Notes: generated by a model not told the origin, from the sequence alone. Shown: positions 40,001 to 48,317, counted from the stretch's first letter. The stretch: DNA of 63,172 nt from a bacterium (GCA_043818275.1 JBDRFY010000062.1:1-63172), one strand, 5' to 3'. A program made the numbers and translations.

Positions 40001-41386
40001 GTATTCCTTCATTGCATCAAGAGTTGGAACGTCACCTGGACGTAATTTACAATAAACCTCTTTTAACGCATCTTCATATGAAGAAACATTATCCTGAGCA
40101 AGCGTAAGAGCAATAGTAGGCTGAAAAACATACCCGGAAGATTGAATAAAACTCAATGTTCTATTCCCCAAAGAAACAATATGATCCAACAATTCTTCAG
40201 TTAGAACTTCTCCCTGAGAAATCAAAATTTCTCCTGTTTCATCATCAACAATATCTTCTGCTAAAATTCTATTAATTAAACTATTTGTTCTAACATTTAA
40301 AGAATTAATTCCCTTTTTCTTCAAAATAGAAATTAATTCTTTGTTAAATCTTCGACCAATACCAATTTCTTTTTCCAGTGTTTTTGTTGGAAGAGCACCG
40401 CTTTCTAATCTTTGACTAATTAAATTATCATCTACATGCCGGAAAAATTTTTCATTTTCAAGTTCAACCTTGTCAAATTTATAAAACAAAGAAAGAATAT
40501 TATCTCTTTGTATTCCAAGAGCCTGTAAAAAGGTTGTTGCCAGAATTTTTTTCTTTTTGTCGATTCTGACATTTAAAACTTCATTACTATCAAATTCAAA
40601 ATCCAGCCAGGAGCCCCTGTTTGGAATAATTCTGGCAATATGAGATGGTTGACCTCTAAAATCTTTAGTTTTTTTACTTAATGCAAATATTACACCAGGA
40701 GATCTATGCAATTGACTTACAACAACTCGATCTACACCATTTATAAGAAAAGTTCCCTGACTTCCCAAATAAAATTTTCCTGAATTATCCTGATATAAAT
40801 CAACCATAACAGGAAGATCCGCAAAAAATACTTCTTGTTCTTTAATATCTTTAATTAATTTTGTTGAAGCTTCTTGATCGGTATCCCAGGTAACTAACTG
40901 CATCTTCACTTTTAACGGCAAAGAATAAGTTTTCCCACTATATCTGCTTTCATCAACACCAGAATCAATTTTTATAATCACACGAGAAAAACATTTTTTA
41001 CATGTTATATAGGAAGCGGTTTTTTTACCACACTTCGGACAGACACAAGAATCTTGTAATGTTCCCACTCCACTTTTTTTACATGAAGAACAAGTCCATT
41101 TATAACGATTCTCCATTCCTTTTAACAAACCACAAACACACTCCCAGTTTCCAAGTTCATAACTTAAATATTCTAAAGATATGTGTTCATTATGTTCGAC
41201 AGGAAAAATATCTCTTAAAACTTTTTCCAGCCCAATATTTTTCCTTTCAGAAGGTAAAACATCCAATTGTGAAAAATTATTGAAAGATTTTGATTGAATC
41301 TCTATCAAATTTGGAAGAGATACAACCTGTTTTATTTTTCCGAAATTTTTTCGGATAGTTTCTCTTTTGCTTAGGAACTGAAACAT
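37064..41386 (-). CDS. rpoB: DNA-directed RNA polymerase beta subunit (with a Cys-rich N-terminal insertion)
   Basis: Conserved blocks VSQLHRSPGV, GDKVAGRHGNKGV and FGGQRLGEMEVWAL. The start is proposed at the ATG at 41386, preceded by GGGGAG. Confidence 0.95.
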   Translation of the reverse strand: MFQFLSKRETIRKNFGKIKQVVSLPNLIEIQSKSFNNFSQLDVLPSERKNIGLEKVLRDIFPVEHNEHISLEYLSYELGNWECVCGLLKGMENRYKWTCSSCKKSGVGTLQDSCVCPKCGKKTASYITCKKCFSRVIIKIDSGVDESRYSGKTYSLPLKVKMQLVTWDTDQEASTKLIKDIKEQEVFFADLPVMVDLYQDNSGKFYLGSQGTFLINGVDRVVVSQLHRSPGVIFALSKKTKDFRGQPSHIARIIPNRGSWLDFEFDSNEVLNVRIDKKKKILATTFLQALGIQRDNILSLFYKFDKVELENEKFFRHVDDNLISQRLESGALPTKTLEKEIGIGRRFNKELISILKKKGINSLNVRTNSLINRILAEDIVDDETGEILISQGEVLTEELLDHIVSLGNRTLSFIQSSGYVFQPTIALTLAQDNVSSYEDALKEVYCKLRPGDVPTLDAMKEYINNLFFNPRFYDLTIVGRIRANRKLGLNIDKSITYLTREDIVATIKYLIGLKERGEGELDDIDHLGNRSVRLVGELLQSQIYVGFARIERIIKERFRLQENYTALMPYDFLNVKPLAAVLREFFGTGQLSQFMDQTNPLAEMAHKRRLSALGPGGITRERATFEVRDVHSSHYGRICPIETPEGQNIGLISSLSTYAKVNDLGFIETPYRPVKDGVIQDDVLYLDAFQEINKAIAQASVPVDSKNKIKEEKVLVRKDGNIILDNSKDVSYVDASPKQLVSVATALIPFLEHDDANRALMGSNMQRQAVPLIKCQAPIIGTGMEKDIGSAEGGSIITKNSGLIEYVAADKIIIRLDGKNEDDTSWVSKPVDIYKLKQFARSSHNTWIHNTPIVQVGQRVEKGDVIADGAAIQNGELALGNNILVAFMPWQGYNFEDAIVVSKRLVSEDIFSSVHIEEFVVEARETKLGAEEITKDIPNVSEKDLAALDEDGIVKVGTRVKPGDILVGKVTLKGDVQVSPEEKLLRAMFGEKSREVRDTSLRVPPGVEATVMDVKVFSRSGIRKDKRYKDIVAREAQKIEEDFNYHVSILNQRFKEKLIKILDGETIDSGSVIKGKLSESKLEKIDLDKIFDIKIVKNAKNLKLKEYKEIWKNQIHVLTALKEDKIGKLRKGDELPSGVIKMIKVYVAAKRHLSVGDKVAGRHGNKGVISRIVNVEDMPYMKDGTPVDIVLNPLGVPSRMNLGQILETLLGMAGRQMGIDLAKDINELSEEKIKSKLSEYYGDEIISLLQKSYGKEALNNLAQKTIETGVSMSTPIFDGASYENEIKPLLKQTNLPENGAYQLFDGRTGQSFDQDVTVGYIYMMKLNHLADDKLHARSVGPYSLITQQPLGGKAQFGGQRLGEMEVWALYAYGAAYTLQEMLTIKSDDVNGRIKTYEAIVRGDEVPEPGIPESFNVFVKELQSLALQFDLFKANKEQVGE

Positions 41387-41533
41387 TAAATCGCTCCCCA
41401 ACCATAAACAGAAAAAATTTAACCAACCATCTACTTATAAAAAGATATTCGTAAAGCTAAGAAATGGATGCCGCCCTAAATAACAATTCAAGACGGAATC
41501 CATAAATTATTCAAAAGGATGTAGAACTTTACC

Positions 41534-41911
41534 TTAGGAAAGTTCAACTTTAGCCCCCGCAGCTTCCAAAGTTTCCTTCATTTTTTTAGCATCTTCCTTT
41601 GATGCAGCCTCAGCAATAACTGCTGGCGCACCCTCTACCATGTCTTTTGCGTCTTTTAATGAAAGACTTGTGACAGATCTTAAAGCCTTAATAACTTTAA
41701 TCTTTTCTCCACCACCATCCTTTAGGGTAACTTTAAATTCAGTTTTTTCCTCTTCAGCTGAGGCAGCTTGACTTGCCACCGGTGCGGCAGCTACAGCCGC
41801 GACTGGCGCAGCAGCAGAAACACCAAATTTACCTTCCAAAGCTTTTACAAGTTCTGCAAGCTCCATTACTGATAACTTACCTATTTCCTCAATGATTCCT
41901 TCAATTGCCAT
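41534..41911 (-). CDS. rplL: 50S ribosomal protein L7/L12
   Basis: [24 protein letters not shown] ... [22 protein letters not shown]. Confidence 0.95.
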   Translation of the reverse strand: MAIEGIIEEIGKLSVMELAELVKALEGKFGVSAAAPVAAVAAAPVASQAASAEEEKTEFKVTLKDGGGEKIKVIKALRSVTSLSLKDAKDMVEGAPAVIAEAASKEDAKKMKETLEAAGAKVELS

Positions 41912-42006
41912 AAAAATCTCCCACGTCTAACAAAAATTAATACTCGTAATATAATCATTTCCCAATCAAAATCAAGCCACTAAAAACAATTTATATCCCT
42001 TAAAAA

Positions 42007-42525
42007 TCATTGTTTTTTAGCCGCAACTTCCTTTAAACCATAAAGTAAACGAAGAATCATCATATTCAATAATCTTGCCAGTCCAGACATAGGTGCTTGT
42101 AATGTGCCTACAAGTTGTGACAATAGAACTTCTCTTGAAGGAAGACTAGCAAGTAAATTAATTTCTTTTTTAGATAAAACTTTTGATTCAAAGAAACCGG
42201 ATACTATTTCCAAAGGTATCCCATTTCCCGCAAATTCAACTAATTTTTTAGCTGTAGGCTGAACTTCATTTTTTGCAAAAACTAAAGCAATCTGATCATG
42301 AAAAAAATCTTTTAAACCATCAACACCTTCCACATCCTGAACTGCTAACCTCATTAATCTTGCTTTAGTTACTTTCACTAAACCATCAACTTCACGAAGG
42401 GTTCGTCTTAGGTCTTGCATTTGAGAAACAGTCATTCCTTTGTAACTAACTAAAAAAGCACCCCTAGAATCTGAAAATAAATCTTTAAAATCACTAACAA
42501 CAACTTCTTTTTGCTGACGATTCAT
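42007..42525 (-). CDS. rplJ: 50S ribosomal protein L10
   Basis: 172 aa, L10-like, positioned between rplA and rplL. Confidence 0.9.
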   Translation of the reverse strand: MNRQQKEVVVSDFKDLFSDSRGAFLVSYKGMTVSQMQDLRRTLREVDGLVKVTKARLMRLAVQDVEGVDGLKDFFHDQIALVFAKNEVQPTAKKLVEFAGNGIPLEIVSGFFESKVLSKKEINLLASLPSREVLLSQLVGTLQAPMSGLARLLNMMILRLLYGLKEVAAKKQ

Positions 42526-42543
42526 ATTAATCCACCCTTTAAA

Positions 42544-43242
42544 CTATATACTTAAAATTTCTTCTGGCGTAACTTCTAATCCAACACCCATAGTTGAAGA
42601 AATGTTAATTTTTTTCAAAAATTTTCCCTTTGAAGATGCTGGCTTACTTGACTGAATAGCTTTAATCAAAGCAACAAGATTTTCTTTTAATTTATCTGCG
42701 CCAAAAGAAACTTTTCCAAAAGATGCATGAATTATTCCACCTTTATCATTTTTATAGGCAACGCGTCCCTTTTTTAACTCTTCTATAACAGGACCAACCT
42801 CAAAGGTGACAGTTCCAACTTTTTTATTTGGAAGCAATCCTCTGGGACCTAAAATTTTAGCCACTTTACCAATTTGTCCCATTAAATCTGGAGTAGCAAC
42901 AGCAGCATCAAAGTCCATCCAGCCGCCTTCAATTTTTTCAATTAAATCTTCCATTCCAACAAAATCTGTCCCAGCTTTTTTTGCTTCTTCCTCATGATCC
43001 CCTTTTGCAAAAGCAACAACGCGTGTTTTTTTGCCAGTTCCATGAGGTAATAATACCGCTCCTCTAACAGTTTGTTCACCCTTAGAAGGGTCAATACCTA
43101 AAAGCACAGCAACCTCAACAGATTCATCAAATTTAGATTTTGCATTGTTAACCACAAATTCCAAAGATTCTTTTAAGTTGGATGGATTTTGATCTTTTAC
43201 AGCCTCAACGGCTTGTTTATATTTTTTGCTAACTTTACTCAT
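42544..43242 (-). CDS. rplA: 50S ribosomal protein L1
   Basis: VRGAVLLPHGTGKKTRVVAFA ... KILGPRGLLPNKKVGTVT. Confidence 0.95.
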   Translation of the reverse strand: MSKVSKKYKQAVEAVKDQNPSNLKESLEFVVNNAKSKFDESVEVAVLLGIDPSKGEQTVRGAVLLPHGTGKKTRVVAFAKGDHEEEAKKAGTDFVGMEDLIEKIEGGWMDFDAAVATPDLMGQIGKVAKILGPRGLLPNKKVGTVTFEVGPVIEELKKGRVAYKNDKGGIIHASFGKVSFGADKLKENLVALIKAIQSSKPASSKGKFLKKINISSTMGVGLEVTPEEILSI

Positions 43243-43265
43243 TTAAAATTCTCTCTCAATAATCA

Positions 43266-43691
43266 TTAATCAATAACATTCAGCCCCATACTTCTTGCAC
43301 TTCCAGCGACAACTTTTTTAGCGGCTTCTACGTCATAAGCATTTAAATCAGGCATTTTTATTTTTGCTATTTCTTCAACATCTGACCATTTTACAGAACC
43401 AGCTGAAGTAGATCCTGGCGTACCTGACCCCTTTTGAATATTTGCTTTTCCTCGTAACAACTCAGAAACAGGAGAAGTCTTTGTAATAAAAGTAAAAGTT
43501 CTATCTTTGTAAACAGTAATAAGAACAGGAACTGTTTCAGCTTTCCGATTCGCAGTTTGTGCGTTAAATTGCTTGCAAAAATCCATTATACTAACCCCAT
43601 GTTGCCCCAAGCTTGAACCAACGGGAGGGGCTGGAGTAGCACTTCCACCACGAATTTGAAGTTTAATTTTTGCTTTCACTTCTTTTGCCAT
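43266..43691 (-). CDS. rplK: 50S ribosomal protein L11
   Basis: KLQIRGGSATPAPPVGSSLGQHGVSIMDFCKQFN. Confidence 0.95.
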   Translation of the reverse strand: MAKEVKAKIKLQIRGGSATPAPPVGSSLGQHGVSIMDFCKQFNAQTANRKAETVPVLITVYKDRTFTFITKTSPVSELLRGKANIQKGSGTPGSTSAGSVKWSDVEEIAKIKMPDLNAYDVEAAKKVVAGSARSMGLNVID

Positions 43692-43709
43692 AATGACACC
43701 ACCTAATTT

Positions 43710-44234
43710 TTATTTTTTAACCTGATCAAAACCTAATTCAACAGGAGTAAGTCTTCCAAAAATACTTACCATAACAGTCAGTCTTTCTCTTTCTTCATCA
43801 ACTTTGTCAATAATCCCGACAAAGCCCGAAAAAGGCCCACTTGAAACGTGAACTTCTGCACCCTCAACAAACGGAGATTCTTCTCCACCCAAAGAAATTT
43901 TGCCCTCTATTTGAGAAAAGATTCTTTCAACTTCTTTATCAGAAATTGCAACAGGATCTTTACCACCCAAAAACCTTGAAACCCGAGGAGTTGAAGTCAC
44001 AACCCTGAAAGACTCAGGAGCCATTTCCATATGAACTAATAAATACCCTGGAAAAATTTTCTCTTTTTTGGACTCAGCGCTTTGAAAAAAGCTTACAAGT
44101 TCACCAGTAGGAATCAAAACCTCAGTTATAAGGTCTTGTATACCTTCTTCTTCGATTCTTTTTTCTAAATCTTTTTTAACGACGTCTTCAAAACCGGTAA
44201 AAACCTGAACAACATACCAACGTTTCATAAACAA
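43710..44234 (-). CDS. nusG: Transcription termination/antitermination factor NusG
   Basis: KRWYVVQVFTGFE N-terminal NGN domain, a C-terminal KOW domain, and secE-nusG-rplK synteny. Confidence 0.9.
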   Translation of the reverse strand: MFMKRWYVVQVFTGFEDVVKKDLEKRIEEEGIQDLITEVLIPTGELVSFFQSAESKKEKIFPGYLLVHMEMAPESFRVVTSTPRVSRFLGGKDPVAISDKEVERIFSQIEGKISLGGEESPFVEGAEVHVSSGPFSGFVGIIDKVDEERERLTVMVSIFGRLTPVELGFDQVKK

Positions 44235-44266
44235 ACCAAATTAAAAAAACCCTAAAATACCACCCA

Positions 44267-44452
44267 TTAATAACTAATAAGTTTTTTAATTAATGTACTA
44301 AAAACAGCATCCATGCCCCCAAGGATTACCGCAAAAATTGCAACCAAAATACATACAATAATTGCTGTTCCAATTAAATCTTCCCTGCTGGGCCAGGACA
44401 CTTTTCTTAATTCATTTCTAACTTCATTAATGAATGCAACAACTTTATTCAT
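44267..44452 (-). CDS. secE: Preprotein translocase subunit SecE
   Basis: 61 aa, with FINEVRNELRKVSWPSREDL followed by a single TM helix. Confidence 0.85.
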   Translation of the reverse strand: MNKVVAFINEVRNELRKVSWPSREDLIGTAIIVCILVAIFAVILGGMDAVFSTLIKKLISY

Positions 44453-44482
44453 AAATTAACCTTATTTAATCATACTCGCAAA

Positions 44483-44559
44483 TGGCGGGTCAGGAGGGAT
44501 TCGAACCCCCAACACGCGGTTTTGGAGACCGCCGCTCTACCAGTTGGAGCTACTGACCC
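44483..44559 (-). tRNA. tRNA-Trp (anticodon CCA)
   Basis: Hand-folded: acceptor GGGTCAG/CTGACCC, anticodon loop CTCCAAA, T-arm GGGGG TTCGAAT CCCTC, encoded CCA. Confidence 0.9.
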
Positions 44560-44569
44560 TTCCTTCCTC

Positions 44570-44728
44570 TTATTTAGTTTCTTTGTGTTCACTATGTTTT
44601 CTGCAACCAGAACAATATTTACTCAAAGACAATTTTTCAAAAGCTCTTTTCTTAGAAACTCTTTTACTATAATTTCTTAATTTACATTCTTTGCATTCCA
44701 AGTGAACAATCGTTCTATTCTTTGCCAT
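44570..44728 (-). CDS. rpmG: 50S ribosomal protein L33 (52 aa; below the ORF-track cutoff)
   Basis: Manual translation gives [52 protein letters not shown], with the classic position upstream of secE. Confidence 0.85.
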   Translation of the reverse strand: MAKNRTIVHLECKECKLRNYSKRVSKKRAFEKLSLSKYCSGCRKHSEHKETK

Positions 44729-44757
44729 ATCAAAACTCTTTATTTATATGAAAAACA

Positions 44758-44833
44758 TGGAGCCCGCGACCGGGATTGAACCGGTGACCTCTCCCTTACC
44801 AAGGAAGTGCTCTACCAACTGAGCTACGCGGAC
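44758..44833 (-). tRNA. tRNA-Thr (anticodon GGT)
   Basis: Hand-folded: acceptor GTCCGCG/CGCGGGC, anticodon loop TTGGTAA, T-arm ACCGG TTCAATC CCGGT, encoded CCA. Confidence 0.9.
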
Positions 44834-44969
44834 GTTTTAATCGCTTAATAATTTTTCGTCCGCAAATACTCAACAACAAAAATTTTCAAACATTAAAAGA
44901 CAATGAAGCCTTTATATTAAATTAAACGCAAAAAAAAGCAAAAACTTATTGAAAAAAAATAAAATTAAA

Positions 44970-45045
44970 TGGAGCTGGCAACTGGACTCGAACCAGCGAC
45001 CTGCTGATTACAAATCAGCTGCTCTACCAACTGAGCTATGCCAGC
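44970..45045 (-). tRNA. tRNA-Thr (anticodon TGT)
   Basis: Hand-folded: acceptor GCTGGCA/TGCCAGC, anticodon loop TTTGTAA, T-arm GCTGG TTCGAGT CCAGT, encoded CCA. Confidence 0.9.
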
Positions 45046-45135
45046 AGAAATTTCAGTCCGTCTACGTTACACTTCGACGCGACATTCGTTTTACCCTAAA
45101 ATCATTGCATCGTAGCTCGTAAGAGCGAAGACGAA
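45046..45135. repeat. GC-rich CGAAG/CTTCG-type spacer island between tRNA-Gly and tRNA-Thr
   Basis: cgtctacgttacacttcgacgcgacattcg ... cgtagctcgtaagagcgaagacgaa, abutting the tRNA-Gly CCA end. Confidence 0.55.
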
Positions 45136-45212
45136 TGGAGCGGGAAACGGGGCTCGAACCCGCAACCTACAGCTTGGAAGGCTGTCGCTCTAGCCAATTG
45201 AGCTATTCCCGC
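45136..45212 (-). tRNA. tRNA-Gly (anticodon TCC)
   Basis: Hand-folded: acceptor GCGGGAA/TTCCCGC, anticodon loop CTTCCAA, T-arm GCGGG TTCGAGC CCCGT, encoded CCA. Confidence 0.9.
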
Positions 45213-45450
45213 AAAAATTTCAATTCTGCTTCGTTAAAACTTCGCAGAACAAGTCCTTAAACTTGCTGTAAAAGAACTTTTTTTATCTAAAAAACTTTTT
45301 CTTAAAAACTGGCTTGCCAGTCCTCCGTAGCCTTGGCGTAGGAGGACAACCTTCGCGCAATTTTTCTATCAATATCAATCATTTAAAAAGATTGCTTGCC
45401 AACCGAAGCCCATACAACTTTTGCTAAGCTTCGAAAGTAAGGGCGAAGGA
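45213..45450. repeat. GC-rich repeat mosaic between tRNA-Tyr and tRNA-Gly
   Basis: Contains ctgcttcgttaaaacttcgcag (45226-45247), gccagtcctccgtagccttggcgtaggaggac, and gcttgccaaccgaagcc...ttgctaagcttcgaaagtaagggcgaagga directly abutting the tRNA-Tyr CCA. Confidence 0.65.
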
Positions 45451-45535
45451 TGGTGGGGAGAACAGGATTCGAACCTGTGAAGGCTGAGCCAACGGATTTA
45501 CAGTCCGTCCCCTTTGACCGCTCGGGAATCTCCCC
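45451..45535 (-). tRNA. tRNA-Tyr (anticodon GTA, long variable arm)
   Basis: Hand-folded: acceptor GGGGAGA/TCTCCCC, anticodon loop CTGTAAA, long variable arm, T-arm ACAGG TTCGAAT CCTGT, encoded CCA. Confidence 0.9.
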
Positions 45536-45734
45536 TGAAAAATCAAATATATCAAATTGAATAAAAATTTGTAGTAAGCAAGTTTAAACAATGCAAATAA
45601 AAGAAATTAAAACTTAAATCATATAAAAAAAGCTGTGAAAATTAGAATAGATGTTTTGGTTAGAATTTCAACTTTTTTTGTAAAAATTTTATATTTTTTA
45701 ATCAATTTCTCTATTTAGCCCAACAATTCTATAT

Positions 45735-47861
45735 TTAATTCACTATATCCATCTTAATTGTTTTTTCTTCACTTAAATCAGGAACTCTATTCTGAATCAA
45801 ATATTCACGAACCTTTGCATCCAGTTCTCTCCAAATACTAATCATCTTGTTTTTCGTTTTTTCATCACAATTCTTATTATCAAGTAAATTATCTTTTTCT
45901 TTCAACGCTAAAACAATAAAAATAAATTCTTCCAAATCAATCTTAAGTTTATTTATATCATACAATTTTAATGTTGCATCTTTATATTGGATTAACACTT
46001 TTGATCCATCAGCAGAAAAGGCTACTGAACTAACTTTAAAGGCTACTTTATATTGGATTAACACTTTTGATCCATCAGCAGATGAACTAACTTTATCAAA
46101 GTCTTGAATCACCACCCCTGTATTTGAATCATATAATCTTGCGTTACCATTATCATATTTTACCAGCAATATTGATTCATTTGGTGAAAACGTACGATCA
46201 ACAATACCATAATAATTAATATCATAAAAATCTCTAATTAAGGCATCAATTAAAGCATCTGGATGTGGATAACCTTCAAAAAGTTCTTCTTCTTTTTTAT
46301 CTTGTTCTGGCATTGTATCTTTAGTAACATCAATTTCCTTACCAACATCAGGGCTATTTGACATGCCATTTTCAGAAATATTATTAATTTTTTCACCTGT
46401 ATCAGAGTTATATGATACTTTTTGTTCATCTTGATACGATATAAATATTTTTGAGCTGTTATCAGAAAAATTAGCCGTAGAAACATTATTAAATCTTTTG
46501 ATTATATCCCCACTATTCATATCACATAACGCAGCCATATTATTTCTGTCTATTATAAATACGTTTGAATTGTCAAAAGAAAAAATGGCTGTAGAGATAT
46601 TAAACGATAGAAGTCTATTTCCAGTATCAACATCATATAATTCAACGGCTTCTCCAAAATGCTCTATAAATATTTTTGATTCATCCGGAGAAAATCTATA
46701 CCTAGAAACATCATCAAATACTTTTATTTCGTCACCTGTAGCAGTATCAAATAATACTAAGTTTGAATTACCTAAATATCTTACTAATATTTTTAATCCA
46801 TCTACAAAAAAATGACACTCTTGAATACCATCAAATATCTTAATTTCATTTCCCGTATTTACATCATATAATATCGCTCTATGGTCTCTATATTCTACTA
46901 ATATTTTTAATCCATCTGGCGAGAAAGAAGATAACCTAACATTATGAAAGCTTCTTATTTCAGAAAGGTTGAAAATTTCTACCGGATAACTCTTCAAAAA
47001 CTTAATATCTTCTCGAGGTTTTTCAATTAAAGAACATAAGTCCTGACTAGATAATTCAAATATGCTTTGCTGTAAAAGTTCTTTACTTACTACTTCAAAT
47101 TCATCACAAGCAATATAAGATGAAATTCTAAGGAGTTTTGCATACTCATCAATATAATTTGGATAACTTTTTTCTGGTTTTGTCGCTTGGAGTCTAAATT
47201 TTTTTATTTTTGTTTTTGATCTCCCACCAACATTTTTTTTAATTTTCATTTTTATAGGATTAATAATTATACGACGAAGGAACTCTTTATCCAACCTTAA
47301 CTCATTTATGTTTTGCATTATATATTTATCAATATCAACTTCACCATCGTGAAAAAATTTTCCAATTTTAGGCACAAACTCTTCTAATCTTTTAATTAAT
47401 AGCTCTTGTTTTTTCTTTTGGGAAACTTCTTTTTCTCTTTTGAAATCGTCATCAATTTCTTTTTTACAGATAATTACATCTTGACTGATATAATCAAAAT
47501 ACTGCTTATAAATAAGTACAATTATGTCTTTAACATCAGTAAGTACTTTTTTAGCAATTTTTTTGTCTAATCTAGTTGGAAAAAATTCAGTTAAATTACT
47601 ATAATTTTTACCTTTTTCCTTTTGCCAATCTTGTTTTATTTTTCTAAACAAATCAGAAACAACAATATATTTATCCGGAATTTCGACCGAAGCAACAATA
47701 TCTTCTTTTGGAGGTTCTTTTTCCAGAAAACTATCATTCTTTGTCTTCTCAATATATTCATCGGGAAGTTTTTTAGTAACAATTAATCTGAATGCATCAA
47801 TATTTAAAAATACAAACAAAGCACAAAAAATAATTGTACAAATTTGTCTAAAATTTCTCAT
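45735..47861 (-). CDS. Large secreted or membrane-anchored protein with WD40-like/beta-propeller repeats
   Basis: N-terminal hydrophobic segment. At least 7 degenerate repeats of about 40 aa follow the pattern FSPDG.K(I/V)L..Y......LYD..TG..I..F. Confidence 0.6.
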   Translation of the reverse strand: MRNFRQICTIIFCALFVFLNIDAFRLIVTKKLPDEYIEKTKNDSFLEKEPPKEDIVASVEIPDKYIVVSDLFRKIKQDWQKEKGKNYSNLTEFFPTRLDKKIAKKVLTDVKDIIVLIYKQYFDYISQDVIICKKEIDDDFKREKEVSQKKKQELLIKRLEEFVPKIGKFFHDGEVDIDKYIMQNINELRLDKEFLRRIIINPIKMKIKKNVGGRSKTKIKKFRLQATKPEKSYPNYIDEYAKLLRISSYIACDEFEVVSKELLQQSIFELSSQDLCSLIEKPREDIKFLKSYPVEIFNLSEIRSFHNVRLSSFSPDGLKILVEYRDHRAILYDVNTGNEIKIFDGIQECHFFVDGLKILVRYLGNSNLVLFDTATGDEIKVFDDVSRYRFSPDESKIFIEHFGEAVELYDVDTGNRLLSFNISTAIFSFDNSNVFIIDRNNMAALCDMNSGDIIKRFNNVSTANFSDNSSKIFISYQDEQKVSYNSDTGEKINNISENGMSNSPDVGKEIDVTKDTMPEQDKKEEELFEGYPHPDALIDALIRDFYDINYYGIVDRTFSPNESILLVKYDNGNARLYDSNTGVVIQDFDKVSSSADGSKVLIQYKVAFKVSSVAFSADGSKVLIQYKDATLKLYDINKLKIDLEEFIFIVLALKEKDNLLDNKNCDEKTKNKMISIWRELDAKVREYLIQNRVPDLSEEKTIKMDIVN
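45980..46082. repeat. In-frame 66-bp tandem duplication inside the propeller-repeat gene
   Basis: ctttatattggattaacacttttgatccatcagcaga occurs at 45980-46016 and again at 46046-46082. The protein reads SADGSKVLIQYK twice, 22 aa apart. Confidence 0.85.
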
Positions 47862-47872
47862 CTCCCTCTCCT

Positions 47873-48310
47873 TTATTGAATTTCTAAGAATCTTTCTCTT
47901 CCATTGCCAGGAAGATGTTTTAAAACAACATTGAAAACTTTGTTTTTCAAATCATTGCTTTCAAGTAAATTTTCAATAACGCTTGGCCATTCGATTAGAT
48001 TGAATTCATTTGGATTATTTAAAAATTCATCAAATCCGGTTGCTATAAAATCATCTATTGAATTAATCCGATATAAATCAAAATGATTAAAAACTTGGCC
48101 TTGTTTGTTTTTATATGTATTTACATAATTAAAAGTCGGGCTTGTTATATTATCTGTCACACCGCAATGCCTTAAAAAACTTTTAATCAACGTTGTTTTC
48201 CCTGTGCCAAGCGGACCATAAAATGCAAATATTTTATATTTGTTCAAAGCTGGCATTAAATACTTTTCTACAATTTCATCAATTTGATTTATATTAAATT
48301 TTATTTCCAT
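47873..48310 (-). CDS. tsaE: tRNA t6A37 biosynthesis ATPase TsaE
   Basis: YGPLGTGKTTLIK P-loop, SPTFNYV, and HFDLYR motifs. The start is placed at MEIKF (48310), which removes the overlap with the upstream gene. Confidence 0.75.
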   Translation of the reverse strand: MEIKFNINQIDEIVEKYLMPALNKYKIFAFYGPLGTGKTTLIKSFLRHCGVTDNITSPTFNYVNTYKNKQGQVFNHFDLYRINSIDDFIATGFDEFLNNPNEFNLIEWPSVIENLLESNDLKNKVFNVVLKHLPGNGRERFLEIQ

Positions 48311-48317
48311 ATTCTCT

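Noticed and set aside
38671-41283. ORFs 38671..38871 (minus strand, off-frame) and 41002..41283 (plus strand) within rpoB
   Set aside because: They are shadow or alternative-frame ORFs inside a conserved gene, with no independent support.
41440-41500. Hairpin atggatgccg...cggaatccat in the rplL-rpoB spacer as an attenuator
   Set aside because: It is plausible by analogy with E. coli, but the stem is imperfect, the loop is 20 nt, and there is no clear T-run. This is too weak to call.
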